NCBI GenBank assembly: GCA_963555825.3
Contig: CAUVXB020000001.1
Span: forward strand, 1,600,001-1,664,000
Source: Alphaproteobacteria bacterium
Lineage (GTDB): Bacteria; Pseudomonadota; Alphaproteobacteria; JAAXGF01
Reading direction: 5' to 3'
Length of the DNA: 64,000 bases
Within the stretch, counting starts at the first letter, position 1. Each line of letters opens with the position of its first letter. Of the stretch, positions 22,420-32,750 are shown piece after piece. The notes beneath the pieces were generated by a model. The model was given only the letters and a program-made list of their open reading frames with translations. It was not told the origin of the DNA and did not search any database. The position numbers and the translations under genes are program-made.

Positions 22420-24603
22420 CTATCCCTCGATCTTGGAAAAATCAGCAACCCGGTCGAGCGTCGCCCTGATCTGGCCCAGAAGCAACAGCCGGTTGCGCCT
22501 GAGATCGGCATCGTCGCAATTGACGGTGACGTTGTCGAAGAAGCCGTCGACCGGGCCGCGCAGCGTCGCCATCGCCGCCATCGCAGTGGCGAATTCCTCA
22601 CGCTCCAGCGCCGCCGAAGCTTGACCCGAGACCTCGAACAGGCGCTCGGCGACGGCCTTCTCATCGGCCTCGCGCAACAGCTCGGGGTCGACCGCCGTCC
22701 CGCCGTAGCTGACGCCGTCGCGCTTCTCCTCGATGCGCACGATGTTCGCCGCCCGGCGGTAGGCGGTCAGCAGGTGTTCGCCGTCCTCGCTGGCGACGAA
22801 GGCGCCGAGCGCATCGACCCGCGCCAAGAGCCGCACCAGATCGTCCTCGCCACCCAGCGCGAACACCGCTGAGACTAAATCGTGCCGCACGCCCGACTCG
22901 CGCAGATGCACCTTGAGCCGGTCGGCAAAGAAGCCGAGCAGATTCGAGCTAACTGTCTCGCGATCGTCGAGAACTGCAAGCGGTCCTACGTCGTCCCTGG
23001 CGATCTCGCCACGATCCGCATCATCAATTCCGGCGTCCAAATACGCATACTGTGTCGACTCGTGATTTTGGTATGCGCTCTCAAAAAGCTTTGTGAGCCC
23101 TAATCTAAGTTGGTTTTCGGTGACCAATCGAATGACCCCCAATGCTGCTCGACGCAATGCATAGGTATCCTTAGAGCCAGTCGGTGTCTCGCCGATTGCC
23201 CAAAAGCCGACGAGCGTGTCGATCTTGTCGGCGAGCGCAACGGCTATCGAGACCGGCGCGGTCGGGCAGCGGTCGTCGGGGCCTTGGGGCGCGTAGTGCT
23301 CGGCGATGGCGTCGGCGACCTCGGCCGGCTGACCATCGGCCAGCGCATAATACCGGCCCATGACACCCTGTAGCTCGGGGAATTCGCCGACCATCCCGGT
23401 CGTCAGGTCGGCCTTGGCGAGCTGCGCCGCCTCGCGCACCGCGCTCTCGTCGGCGCCAGGTACGAATTCGGCAACCGTGATGACCAATTGATCGATTCGC
23501 TCGATCTTCTCGCCCAGACTACCCAGCTTGGCGTGGAAGGTGACTCCGTCGAGGTCGGCGACGTGGCTTTCCAGCGAGCGTTTGCGGTCGGTGTCCCAGA
23601 AGAACTTGGCGTCGGCGAGGCGGGCGCGCAGCACGCGCTCGTTGCCGGCGACGATCTGCTTGCCGCCGTCGCCGGCGATCGCGTTGGCGACCATCAGGAA
23701 GCGCGGTGCCGGCGCACCCTCGGCGTCGGTCAGCGTGAAGTACTTCTGGTGGCTGCGCATCGCCGTCGTCAGCACCTCGGGCGGCAGATCCATAAAGGCA
23801 GGGTCGATCGCGCCGCTCAGCACGACCGGCCACTCGACCAGCCCGGCGTTCTCGGCGATCAGCGCCGCATCGGGGACCACGGTCAGGCCCTCGGCCTTGG
23901 CTTTGAGCGCGGCGTCCTGCTCGATGACCGCGCGGCGCTCGGCCGCGTCGAGCATGACATAAGCGGCGCGCAGCTTCTCGCGGTAGTCGTCGAAATCGGT
24001 GACGGCGAACGGCTCGGGCGCGAGAAAGCGATGGCCTCGGGTTTGGTTCGATGGAATTAAAGAACCATCGCCTGTGAGTGTCCTACTGTCGGATTTCGAG
24101 ATGGACGACGTCGGAATTGGGAAGTGCAGTACACGCCCACCAAAAATCACGAGAAGATTCTGAATCGGTCGAACCCATCGTAAATCCTTGTTGCCCCACC
24201 GCATGGATTTAGGCCACTGGAAATTCCAGATAGTTCGATAGACGATCTCATGGAGGATATCGTCAATGGGTCGTCCTTCGATTACTGCAAAATAAAACTC
24301 ACCCTTCTCGGTCTCGCGCGTCTCGACCCGGGTGCCCTCCGGCAATGACCCCTTGAAGCCCTCGACGGCTGCGGTCGGCGCGTCGGCGCGGGGTCCCCGG
24401 CGTTCTTTGTCCGGCTGTATCGCGGGGATTCCGTCGACCACAAGGGTCAGTCGCCTCGGCGTGGCAAATACGTTAGCGTTCTCGAACGAGAGCCCCGCTT
24501 CGTTAAGATCAACAGTCACCAAACGCTTGAGGTCGTCCGCCGCGCCCTCCTGCATGCGCGCCGGGATCTCTTCGGAGAGCAGTTCGAGCAGCAGTTCGGC
24601 CAC
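22420..24603 (-). CDS. glyS: Glycine--tRNA ligase beta subunit
   Basis: LLLELLSEEIPARMQ, WPKSMRWG, VGEFPELQGVMG, PTGSKD.YALRR, NRLLLL. Confidence 0.97.
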   Translation of the reverse strand: MAELLLELLSEEIPARMQEGAADDLKRLVTVDLNEAGLSFENANVFATPRRLTLVVDGIPAIQPDKERRGPRADAPTAAVEGFKGSLPEGTRVETRETEKGEFYFAVIEGRPIDDILHEIVYRTIWNFQWPKSMRWGNKDLRWVRPIQNLLVIFGGRVLHFPIPTSSISKSDSRTLTGDGSLIPSNQTRGHRFLAPEPFAVTDFDDYREKLRAAYVMLDAAERRAVIEQDAALKAKAEGLTVVPDAALIAENAGLVEWPVVLSGAIDPAFMDLPPEVLTTAMRSHQKYFTLTDAEGAPAPRFLMVANAIAGDGGKQIVAGNERVLRARLADAKFFWDTDRKRSLESHVADLDGVTFHAKLGSLGEKIERIDQLVITVAEFVPGADESAVREAAQLAKADLTTGMVGEFPELQGVMGRYYALADGQPAEVADAIAEHYAPQGPDDRCPTAPVSIAVALADKIDTLVGFWAIGETPTGSKDTYALRRAALGVIRLVTENQLRLGLTKLFESAYQNHESTQYAYLDAGIDDADRGEIARDDVGPLAVLDDRETVSSNLLGFFADRLKVHLRESGVRHDLVSAVFALGGEDDLVRLLARVDALGAFVASEDGEHLLTAYRRAANIVRIEEKRDGVSYGGTAVDPELLREADEKAVAERLFEVSGQASAALEREEFATAMAAMATLRGPVDGFFDNVTVNCDDADLRRNRLLLLGQIRATLDRVADFSKIEG

Positions 24604-24606
24604 CGC

Positions 24607-25488
24607 TCAGTCCTCCAACGCGACGCCGCGGCTGATCAGCCACTGGCGGCAGCAGCCGCGCGCCAGCGCGCGCACCCGGCCGATGTAGGCGGCGCGCTCG
24701 GTGACGCTGATGACGCCGCGCGCGTCGAGCAAGTTGAACAGGTGGCTCGCCTTCATGCACTGGTCGTAGGCCGGCAGCGCGAGTCCGGCGGCGAGCAGCG
24801 ACGCGCATTCGCCTTCGGCGTCGGCGAAGTGGCGGGTCAGCATGTCGGTGTCGGCGTGCTCGAAGTTATAGGCCGAGAACTCGCGCTCGGACTGGTGGAA
24901 GACGTCGCCGTACGTCACCCCGGCGCCGTTCCAATCGAGGTCGTAGACGTTCTCGACGCCCTGGACGTACATCGCCAGACGCTCCAGCCCATAGGTGATC
25001 TCGCCCGAGACCGGGGCGCAGTCGTAGCCGCCGACCTGCTGGAAATAGGTGAACTGCGAGATTTCCATGCCGTCGCACCAGACCTCCCAGCCGAGCCCCC
25101 AGGCGCCCAGCGTCGGGCTCTCCCAATCGTCCTCGACGAAGCGGAGGTCGTGCACGCCAGCGTCGATGCCGATTGCCGCAAGGCTCGCCAGATAGACGTC
25201 CTGGAAGTCGTCGGGTGACGGTTTCTGGATGACCTGGAACTGGTAGTAGTGCTGCAGCCGGTTGGGATTTTCGCCATAGCGCCCGTCGGCCGGCCGGCGC
25301 GTCGGCTGGACATAGGCCGCGTTCCACGGCTCGGGCCCGAGCGCGCGCAGCGTGGTCGCCGGGTGGAAGGTGCCGGCGCCGACCTCCATGTCGTAGGGCT
25401 GCAAGATGACGCAGCCCTGCCCCGCCCAAAAGCGCTGCAAGGCCAGAATAAGGTCCTGAAAGGGCAGCGCCCCTTTGCGTTCCGCCAT
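24607..25488 (-). CDS. glyQ: Glycine--tRNA ligase alpha subunit
   Basis: [43 protein letters not shown]. Confidence 0.98.
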   Translation of the reverse strand: MAERKGALPFQDLILALQRFWAGQGCVILQPYDMEVGAGTFHPATTLRALGPEPWNAAYVQPTRRPADGRYGENPNRLQHYYQFQVIQKPSPDDFQDVYLASLAAIGIDAGVHDLRFVEDDWESPTLGAWGLGWEVWCDGMEISQFTYFQQVGGYDCAPVSGEITYGLERLAMYVQGVENVYDLDWNGAGVTYGDVFHQSEREFSAYNFEHADTDMLTRHFADAEGECASLLAAGLALPAYDQCMKASHLFNLLDARGVISVTERAAYIGRVRALARGCCRQWLISRGVALED

Positions 25489-25747
25489 CGGCGGATGATC
25501 CCCGGCGTGAGGTTGCTGGCTCGACGGACGGTACGTGCCGCCCGATGCTGCGCCGCACCCTAAGGGCGCGGACGGGCGTGGTCAAGCGCCGCCGGGGCGG
25601 GTTCCTTGCACATCGTGCGATCAATTCGAACTGGTCGGAATCTACCAGCCTGCGACCGCAGGCCGCCGACCGTTCGGCGGAAGCATGCGCGGCGATTGAG
25701 CGCAGGTCACCGAAGGTGACCGTATCAAGAGATGACCGTACAAAAAA

Positions 25748-26020
25748 CTAAACTGCTTGCGGGCAGTCGGTGCGATCGCAGGCGCTTGCGCCTTGCGCGG
25801 CGACATAGTCACCGCACACCGGGCAGCTCACCATCTCCTCGGCGTCGCGCTGCGCGGCCGATGTGGCCGACGCGGCCGCGCCGCCCGAGGCCGTGGTCTT
25901 GCCGGCCTTGGCGGCGTTCTTGCGCGCCTGCTCCAACCGGCCAACGAACTTGAAGCCATACCACACCGCGGCGACGATTCCCGCCAGCACCATGAGTTTC
26001 GAAATGCTGAACCCGAACAT
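25748..26020 (-). CDS. Small membrane-anchored protein with C-terminal Cys cluster (PP0621-like)
   Basis: N-terminal TM; EEMVSCPVCGDYV..C...C. Confidence 0.6.
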   Translation of the reverse strand: MFGFSISKLMVLAGIVAAVWYGFKFVGRLEQARKNAAKAGKTTASGGAAASATSAAQRDAEEMVSCPVCGDYVAAQGASACDRTDCPQAV

Positions 26021-26067
26021 GCCCCCTTTTAGGGGGCGCGGTCATGGGCGGTCAAGGATCGGAGGGC

Positions 26068-26733
26068 CTAAAACTTCACCCGCAACCCGGGCGGCGGGAA
26101 ATAGAGGTGGTCGGTCGCCTCGCGGGCGAGGTGGCAGCCGATGCAGAATTCGACGCGCTCGGCCCCTGCCCCGTTGGTCGCGCCCCATAGCTCGCCCTCG
26201 GGCGTCACCACGGAATAACGCCAGTCGCCCGAGACGTAGTTGAAACCGGTCGCCATCTTCTCCATGACGAAGATCGGTCCGGGCGCCGTCTCGCCGTCGG
26301 CGGTGGCGCGGATGCTGTCCTTGATCAGCACCGCGCCCTCGGGCAGCGGGCCGCTGCGCTCGTAGCGGCCATACGCCGCGCCGGCTTCGTTGGCGTAGTT
26401 GTTGACGTAGAGCTGGCCGTGGGTCGACGAGAGATAGGGCGCCGTGTTGAAGCGCCGCCAGTCGCGATAGCCAGCGCCGGCGGCGCGGCGGTAGGCCGCC
26501 TCGATGGCGGCGGATAGCCGCTGGTAGACCAAGCCCGCCTCGGTCGCGCCGAACCGTGCCGGCTTGCGCACGCGGAAGTGGCGGCGCGGTTGCTCCGGGT
26601 CGCCGCTGATCTGGGCGAGGACGAGCGGGGCCTCGGCCATCGCCGGCCCGACGAAGCGCGCGGCCGCGACGCCGACGACGGCTGCGGCGACGGCGGCCAA
26701 AGCCAGATATCGTGTCGCGGCTCGAAACGCCAT
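26068..26733 (-). CDS. Cytochrome P460 / c'-beta family protein
   Basis: Signal peptide; NYAN, LPEGAVLIKD, FVMEKM, GDWRY; C-terminal heme motif CIGCH. Confidence 0.75.
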   Translation of the reverse strand: MAFRAATRYLALAAVAAAVVGVAAARFVGPAMAEAPLVLAQISGDPEQPRRHFRVRKPARFGATEAGLVYQRLSAAIEAAYRRAAGAGYRDWRRFNTAPYLSSTHGQLYVNNYANEAGAAYGRYERSGPLPEGAVLIKDSIRATADGETAPGPIFVMEKMATGFNYVSGDWRYSVVTPEGELWGATNGAGAERVEFCIGCHLAREATDHLYFPPPGLRVKF

Positions 26734-26910
26734 GCCTCGGGCTCGGGCTCCCTGGGCGGCGGTTATCGCCACCCCTTGAGAATTGAAGTTGGCTGGCGCG
26801 AGCGCGCCGGCAATCAACGATTTGTCACGATGCCGTGAGGATCGGCTCAACCCCGAGCGCGTCATGCGCTACCCTGTGCCCCCGTCGCCGAGCAGGAGAG
26901 CCGATTCATC

Positions 26911-27327
26911 GTGGCCGAGCGCCTCACTTCACTGGCAATTTCGCGGGGCGCGCTGGCGCTGGTCATGGTCGTCGCCGGCATGCTGCATTTCGTCGCGACC
27001 GATGCCTATGTCAGCGTCATGCCGGGTTACCTGCCGCTGCACAGGGAACTCGTCTATCTCAGCGGCATGTTCGAGGTTCTGTTCGGCCTCGGGCTGCTGT
27101 GGCGTAAATCCCGAGAGGCGGCCGGCATTGGCCTGATCGTGCTCTATCTCGCCGTCCTGCCCGCCAACATCAACATGGCGGTGCACGATATTCAGCCCGC
27201 CAGCTTTCACATTCCAACCTTTGCGCTATGGGCGCGGCTGCCCTTCCAGTTCGTCTTGATTTACTGGGCATGGCGCGTTTCCCGCCCGGAGCCGAACCGA
27301 GCCAAACCCCCGGCAAACGAAAATTAA
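26911..27327 (+). CDS. DoxX-family membrane protein
   Basis: AGMLHF, MPGYLP, SGMFE, VLPANINMA, RLPFQ. Confidence 0.8.
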   Translation: MAERLTSLAISRGALALVMVVAGMLHFVATDAYVSVMPGYLPLHRELVYLSGMFEVLFGLGLLWRKSREAAGIGLIVLYLAVLPANINMAVHDIQPASFHIPTFALWARLPFQFVLIYWAWRVSRPEPNRAKPPANEN

Positions 27328-27434
27328 TCGTAAGCAGTATATGTTTTCTCCACGCGACCCGACAGATGCGGGACGCCACTAAATGTATACTGCTTACGTT
27401 TTAGGAAGATCGGGCGGGTTGATCGCGGGTGGGG

Positions 27435-28298
27435 CTAGAGGCCGTAACGCGACCACCACAGGCGGTCTTCGATGGCGCCGATGACGCCGCTCGCCCAGTC
27501 GGCCGACTCGGCGGCCGGCGTGTCTCCGGAGCGGCCGAGGCGCGGCGGCCACCATTTGCGCGGCTCGCCGATGCGCTTGAAACGAACGGCCTCGCCGAAA
27601 CGCGCGCGCATGATGCCGCGTAACTCGCCGATGCCGTCGATCAGGCCGTATTCGAGCGCGCGGCGTCCGGTCCAGAAGGCGCCCGAGAACAGGTCGTCCT
27701 CGTCGCCCTGGAGACGCGTGCCACGCCGCGTGCGCACCAATTCCTTGAAGGCCTCGTGGATGTCGCCCTGCAGTTCGGCGAGGTGGGCGACGTCGGCCGG
27801 GTCCTCGGGGCGGAACGGGTCGAGCATCGCCTTTCTCGCGCCCGCCGTGTACAGGCGGCGCTCGATGCCGAAGCGCTCAATCGCCTTGTCGAGGCCAAAG
27901 CCCGACGCCACGACGCCGATCGAGCCGACGATCGAGGAACCGTCGGCGTGGATCTCGTCGGCCGCGAGCGCCAACCAATAGCCGCCCGAGGCGGCGACGT
28001 CCTCGACGAAGGCGACGACCGGCACGCCGTGCTCGTCGGCGAGCGCCCGGATACGCTTGTGGATCAGCGCCGACTGCACCGCCGAGCCGCCCGGCGAGTT
28101 GATCGCGAGCGCCACCGCGTCGACGCCGTCGAGCGTGAAGGCGCGCTCGAGCACACGCGCGAGACCGGCGAGCGACAGCCCACGGCGCAACGGCCCGATG
28201 TTGCCGATGATGCCGGCGAGCGTCACCACCGCGACCAGCGGCGGCGGGTTGCGGAAACGCTCGATCGGCAGTCTGGCGAGGAGTGAACGGAGTTTCAT
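27435..28298 (-). CDS. S49 family peptidase (SppA/SohB-like)
   Basis: INSPGGS, AASGGYWLA, SIVGSIGV. Confidence 0.92.
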   Translation of the reverse strand: MKLRSLLARLPIERFRNPPPLVAVVTLAGIIGNIGPLRRGLSLAGLARVLERAFTLDGVDAVALAINSPGGSAVQSALIHKRIRALADEHGVPVVAFVEDVAASGGYWLALAADEIHADGSSIVGSIGVVASGFGLDKAIERFGIERRLYTAGARKAMLDPFRPEDPADVAHLAELQGDIHEAFKELVRTRRGTRLQGDEDDLFSGAFWTGRRALEYGLIDGIGELRGIMRARFGEAVRFKRIGEPRKWWPPRLGRSGDTPAAESADWASGVIGAIEDRLWWSRYGL

Positions 28299-28340
28299 AT
28301 CGCTTAGATGGGGTGGCGGGCGCCCGATGCCAAGCGCCGC

Positions 28341-29516
28341 TCAGCGCAGCGCGTCGACCGCCGCCGAGAAGCGTTCGATCTCGTCGTCGGTGTTGTAGTA
28401 GTGCACCGAGGCGCGCATCAGCGTCGGAACGCTGCGCGCTTCCATGTCGAGGCGCGTCGAAAAGACGCTCGACGAGCTGGCATTGATGCCCTGGGCGACG
28501 AGCGCGCGCTCGGCCTCGGCCGCCTCGACGCCATCGATCGCGAAGGTGACGATGCCGCAACGCTCGGCGCCGATGTCGTGGACCGTCACGCCGGGCAGCG
28601 CCTCGAGGCGTTCGCGCAAGGCATCGGCGAGCCCATAGACCCGGTCACGGATGTCGACGATGCCCCAGCCGAGCGCATAGTCGATCGCGACGCCGAGGCC
28701 GACGCGGCCGGCGACGAAGCTCTCCCAGTTCTCGAAGCGGCGCGCATCGTCGCGCATTTCGTAGCGGTCGGGCGCCACCCAACTCGCGGCGTGCAGGTCG
28801 AGGAAGGGCGGCTCGAGGCGATCGAGCATGGCGTGCCGGACGTAGAGAAAACCGGTGCCGCGCGGACCGCGCAGATACTTCCGCCCGGTCGCCGACAGCA
28901 TGTCGCAGCCGATTTCCTCGACGTCGATCGGCAGTTGGCCGATCGATTGGCAGGCATCGAGCAGGTACGGCACGCCGGCGGCGCGCGCGACGCGGCCGAT
29001 CGCGGCGGCCGGATTGACCAGCCCACCGTTGGTCGGCACATGGGTGACCGAGATCAGCTTGACGCGGTCATCGATGGCGTCTTCCAGCGCGGCGACCGAG
29101 AGCTGGCCGGTCTCGTCGTTGTCGATCGCCTCGACCACGACGCCGGTCTTCCTGGCGACCTGCAGATACGCGATGTAGTTCGAGGCGTATTCGGCCTTGG
29201 CGGTCAGGATGCGATCGCCGGGTTTGAAGTCGAGCGCGTAGAACGCCATGTCCCAGGCGCGCGTCGCATTTTCGACGAAGGCGATCTCGTCGGCGCGGCA
29301 GTTGATCATCTCGGCCGCGGCGTCGTAGACGCGCTCGATCCGCGCCGCGGCCTGGTCCTCGGCCAGATAGCCGCCGATCTCGGCCTCGCGGCGCAGATGG
29401 CCGATCGTCGCGTCGAGCACGGCGTCAGGCATCAGCGCGGCGCCGGCGTTGTTGAAGTGAAGCGTGGTCTCGCAGCCCGGCGTCTCGCGGCGGGCGCGTT
29501 CGATATCGATCGGCAA
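28341..29516 (-). CDS. Class V PLP-dependent aminotransferase (cysteine desulfurase/C-S lyase-like)
   Basis: HFNNAGA, DACQSIGQ, SATGRKYLRGPRGTG, RASVHYYN; TTG start after GAGGAG. Confidence 0.88.
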   Translation of the reverse strand: MPIDIERARRETPGCETTLHFNNAGAALMPDAVLDATIGHLRREAEIGGYLAEDQAAARIERVYDAAAEMINCRADEIAFVENATRAWDMAFYALDFKPGDRILTAKAEYASNYIAYLQVARKTGVVVEAIDNDETGQLSVAALEDAIDDRVKLISVTHVPTNGGLVNPAAAIGRVARAAGVPYLLDACQSIGQLPIDVEEIGCDMLSATGRKYLRGPRGTGFLYVRHAMLDRLEPPFLDLHAASWVAPDRYEMRDDARRFENWESFVAGRVGLGVAIDYALGWGIVDIRDRVYGLADALRERLEALPGVTVHDIGAERCGIVTFAIDGVEAAEAERALVAQGINASSSSVFSTRLDMEARSVPTLMRASVHYYNTDDEIERFSAAVDALR

Positions 29517-29640
29517 GGCGTGACTCCTCGAGCATGCGATAGGGCACGCCTCTCCTATCTCAACTGGGCACGCGACGAAAGTGTGGAACGCCGCCTCGCC
29601 GTTTGCTATACAGCGCTCGCGCACAAGCGCGCACCACTGA

Positions 29641-29716
29641 TCCCCGGTAGCTCAGTTGGTAGAGCGGGTGGCTGTTAACCACCATGTCGCTGGTTCGAGT
29701 CCGGCCCGGGGAGCCA
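29641..29716 (+). tRNA. tRNA-Asn (GTT)
   Basis: TCCCCGG acceptor stem, D-arm AGCTCAGTTGGTAGAGC, anticodon arm GGTGG-CTGTTAA-CCACC, GGTTCGAGT T-loop, encoded CCA. Confidence 0.97.
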
Positions 29717-30191
29717 AATTAAACGAGGGGTTGGGTCTCACAGACCTAGCCCCTTGTTGCATCTAAGTTCCAAATGAGTTGCGATCGAACAAACTTTGGT
29801 AGCCGATCTCCCCGCTGATCAATGGCAGTTCGGCGGCCGGGAGACTGGCCGTTTTGGAACAAAGGTTCCAAAATAGCGTATTCGCACCCCCTTTCCCTGT
29901 GGCGCCCGACCCGGGAAGGCCGATGAATTCGGGTCACGACGCGCCGGCGATGGGCGCTGGGCTCGATGGGATCGATGGGATCGATGGGATCGAGACGACA
30001 ACGTTAGGGAAACGACGTGGCCAAGCCCATCGAAGCGCGAATCCTGGATGCCTACGAACAATTCTCGCCGAGCTGAGAACGGCAGAGCAATAATCCCCCA
30101 CTGAAGCGGCCGGTCGATCCGGCTGCGGCGGACCAAAATGGGACCGCGTATAGCCTTCTGTCAGGGTTGCTCTGACTGGAAGGCGGGGGGG

Positions 30192-31691
30192 ATGTATCGG
30201 GTGGAGTTGTACGCACGGGTTCGGCGGGCGTGTCATGTCGAGGGGATGAGCACCCGCGAGGCCTCGCGGGTGTTTGGTGTAGACCGCAAGACGGTCCGTA
30301 AGATGCTGTCGTTCTCGGTGCCGCCAGGGTATCGCCGAAGCGCGCCGCCGAGGCGGCCAAAGCTGGGTCCGTTCACGGGAATCATCGATCGGATCTTGGA
30401 AGACGATCGGACCAGCCACCGCAAGCAACGGCACACTGCGAAGCGCATCTTCGACCGCCTCCGGGACGAGTACGGTTTCACGGGCGGCTACACCATCGTG
30501 AAGGACTACGTTCGTGAGCAGGGGCTTCGGTCGCGTGAGGTGTTCGTGCCACTCTCCCATTCCCCCGGTCACGCCCAGGCGGACTTCGGCGAAGCGATGG
30601 CGGTGATCGGCGGCGCGTTACGGAAGATCCACTTCCTTGCCTTCGACCTTCCCCACAGTGATGGTTGCTTTGTTGCGGCCTATCCGGCGGAGACGACCGA
30701 AGCATTCTGCGATGGCCACAACGCGGCGTTTGCCTTCTTCGGCGGCGTCCCCCGATCCATCCTGTACGACAACACCAAGCTGGCGGTTGCCCGGATCCTG
30801 GGCGATGGGAAGCGGCAGCGAACGCGCGTCTTCACGGAGCTTCAGTCCCACTATCTGTTCGAGGACAGGTTCGGCCGGCCGGGCAAGGGCAACGACAAGG
30901 GCAAGGTCGAGGGACTGGTCGGCTTCATCCGGCGGAACTTCCTGGTCCCCGTCCCGCGTGCCGAGAGCTTCGCGGCCCTCAACGATGCTCTCGCCGAACA
31001 GTGCCGCCGGCGCCAGGCGGCGCGGCTGCGGGGCCACAAGGAGACCATCGGCGAGCGTCTCGAGCGGGATCGTCAAGTTCTCTTGCCATTGCCGCCTGCT
31101 CCCTATGATGCCTGCGATAAGCGCCCTGGACGGGCGAGTTCGCTGTCGCTGGTGCGTTACCGCAGCAACGACTATTCCGTGCCCGTGGCCTACGGCCACC
31201 GTGAGGTGCTCATCCGGGGCTACGTCGATGAGGTGGTGATCAGCTGCGGGGCCGAGGTGATCGCCCGGCACCGCCGGTCCTACGACAGCGAGGACCTGAT
31301 CTTCGACCCGCTGCATTACCTGCCCTTGATCGAGCAGAAGATCGGCGCCCTCGACCAGGCCGCGCCGTTGGCGGGCTGGGACCTGCCCGAGGCCTTCATC
31401 ACTCTGCGGCGGCTCCTCGAAGCTCGTATGGGCAAGGCAGGCAAGCGCGAGTACGTCCAGGTGCTCCGTCTACTGGAGACCTTCCGGCTCGAGGAGGTCG
31501 AGGGTGCGGTCGGCGACGCCCTGCGGCTCGGCGCAATCGGCTTTGATGCGGTGAAGCACCTGGTACTGTGCCGCATCGAGCGGCGGCCGCCCAGGCTCAA
31601 CCTCGACGTCTATCCGTATCTGCCGCGCGCCCGGGTCGCGATGACGTCCGCCAAGTCGTACATGAGCCTGCTGTCGGGGCTCGGCGCATGA
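30192..31691 (+). CDS. istA: IS21 transposase IstA
   Basis: HAQADFGE, ILYDNTK, GNDKGKVEGLVG. Confidence 0.95.
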   Translation: MYRVELYARVRRACHVEGMSTREASRVFGVDRKTVRKMLSFSVPPGYRRSAPPRRPKLGPFTGIIDRILEDDRTSHRKQRHTAKRIFDRLRDEYGFTGGYTIVKDYVREQGLRSREVFVPLSHSPGHAQADFGEAMAVIGGALRKIHFLAFDLPHSDGCFVAAYPAETTEAFCDGHNAAFAFFGGVPRSILYDNTKLAVARILGDGKRQRTRVFTELQSHYLFEDRFGRPGKGNDKGKVEGLVGFIRRNFLVPVPRAESFAALNDALAEQCRRRQAARLRGHKETIGERLERDRQVLLPLPPAPYDACDKRPGRASSLSLVRYRSNDYSVPVAYGHREVLIRGYVDEVVISCGAEVIARHRRSYDSEDLIFDPLHYLPLIEQKIGALDQAAPLAGWDLPEAFITLRRLLEARMGKAGKREYVQVLRLLETFRLEEVEGAVGDALRLGAIGFDAVKHLVLCRIERRPPRLNLDVYPYLPRARVAMTSAKSYMSLLSGLGA

Positions 31692-31795
31692 CCGACACAC
31701 CGCAAGTGCTGCTCGCCCACCACCTCAAGACGCTGAAGCTGCCGACCTTCCTGCGCGAGTACGACAAGATCGCCCGGCAGTGCGCCTCGGAAGGC
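31688..31795 (+). pseudogene. istB: Truncated istB
   Basis: MTDTPQVLLAHHLKTLKLPTFLREYDKIARQCASEG, then foreign IS end. Confidence 0.9.
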
Positions 31796-31985
31796 TGTCA
31801 ATGGCGGAGCAAAAAGGGACCACCGTGGCGGTGTAAGAAGGGACCACTTGGCGGCTGCGGGCTTGTCCCCTAGTCCATGGGAGGGCCCCGCGTGCGACGC
31901 GGCGTGCCCTCAACAGGCCGACGCGGCGGCGCGCGCGGGAGGGACCTGTGGGCCCACGGGGTCAAGCGTGGGTTGGGTGGTCGGT

Positions 31986-32750
31986 TCAGTTCGCCGTCGG
32001 GGTTTGACGCCTGCGGCTCTGGTTGAGCCTGTAGCTCTCGCCATTCATCTCGAGGATGTTGACGTGGTGGGTGAGGCGGTCGAGGAGAGCGCCGGTAAGC
32101 CGCTCGGAGCCGAACACCTCGGTCCATTCGTCGAACGGCAGATTGGTGGTGACCAGGGTCGAGCCCCGCTCGTAGCGCTGGCTGAACACCTCGAACAGGA
32201 GCTCGGCACCGGTCTTGGACAGCGGCACGAAGCCGAGTTCGTCGACGATCAGAAGCTTGTAGGTGGCGAGCTTCTTCTGGAACCTCAGCAGCTGCTTGTC
32301 ATCGCGGGCCTCGATGAGCTCGTGGACCAGTGCGGCGGCGGTGATGAAGCCGACCGAGAGGCCCTTCTGGCAGGCCGCCAAGCCGAGACCGAGGGCGATG
32401 TGGGTCTTGCCGGTACCGCTGTTGCCGAGCGCGATGAGGTTCTCGCGGCGCTCGATGTACTCGCAGCGGGCCAGCTCCAGGACCAACGTCTTGTTGAGCG
32501 AGGGGATGACCTTGAAGTCGAAGCTATCGAGGCTCTTGATCACGGGGAAGCGCGCCGCCTTGATGCGCCGCTCGACCATGCGGCGCTCGCGGTCGATCAG
32601 CTCGAGCTCGGCAAGACGCAGAAGATAGCGAACGTGGTCGACGCCTTCCGAGGCACACTGCCGGGCGATCTTGTCGTACTCCCTCAGGAACGTCGGCAGC
32701 TTCAGCCTCTTGAGGTGGTGGACGAGCAGCACCTGCCGTGTGTCGGTCAT
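31986..32750 (-). CDS. istB: IS21 helper ATPase IstB
   Basis: Walker A GNSGTGKTH, Walker B LLIVDELG, ALLDRLTHH. Confidence 0.95.
   Translation of the reverse strand: MTDTRQVLLVHHLKRLKLPTFLREYDKIARQCASEGVDHVRYLLRLAELELIDRERRMVERRIKAARFPVIKSLDSFDFKVIPSLNKTLVLELARCEYIERRENLIALGNSGTGKTHIALGLGLAACQKGLSVGFITAAALVHELIEARDDKQLLRFQKKLATYKLLIVDELGFVPLSKTGAELLFEVFSQRYERGSTLVTTNLPFDEWTEVFGSERLTGALLDRLTHHVNILEMNGESYRLNQSRRRQTPTAN

Larger units (their letters stand above)
30074..31795 (+). mobile_element. IS21 family element, copy A, 3'-truncated
   Basis: Left end TGAGAACGGC; full istA; istB stops after 36 codons at the right end of copy B. Confidence 0.9.

Noticed and set aside
29963-29993. 9-bp tandem repeat (TCGATGGGA)x3
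   Set aside because: Short slippage repeat with no supportable function.
29717-30073. Integrase or att site next to tRNA-Asn
   Set aside because: No credible integrase ORF and no duplicated tRNA 3' end found by eye in the window.
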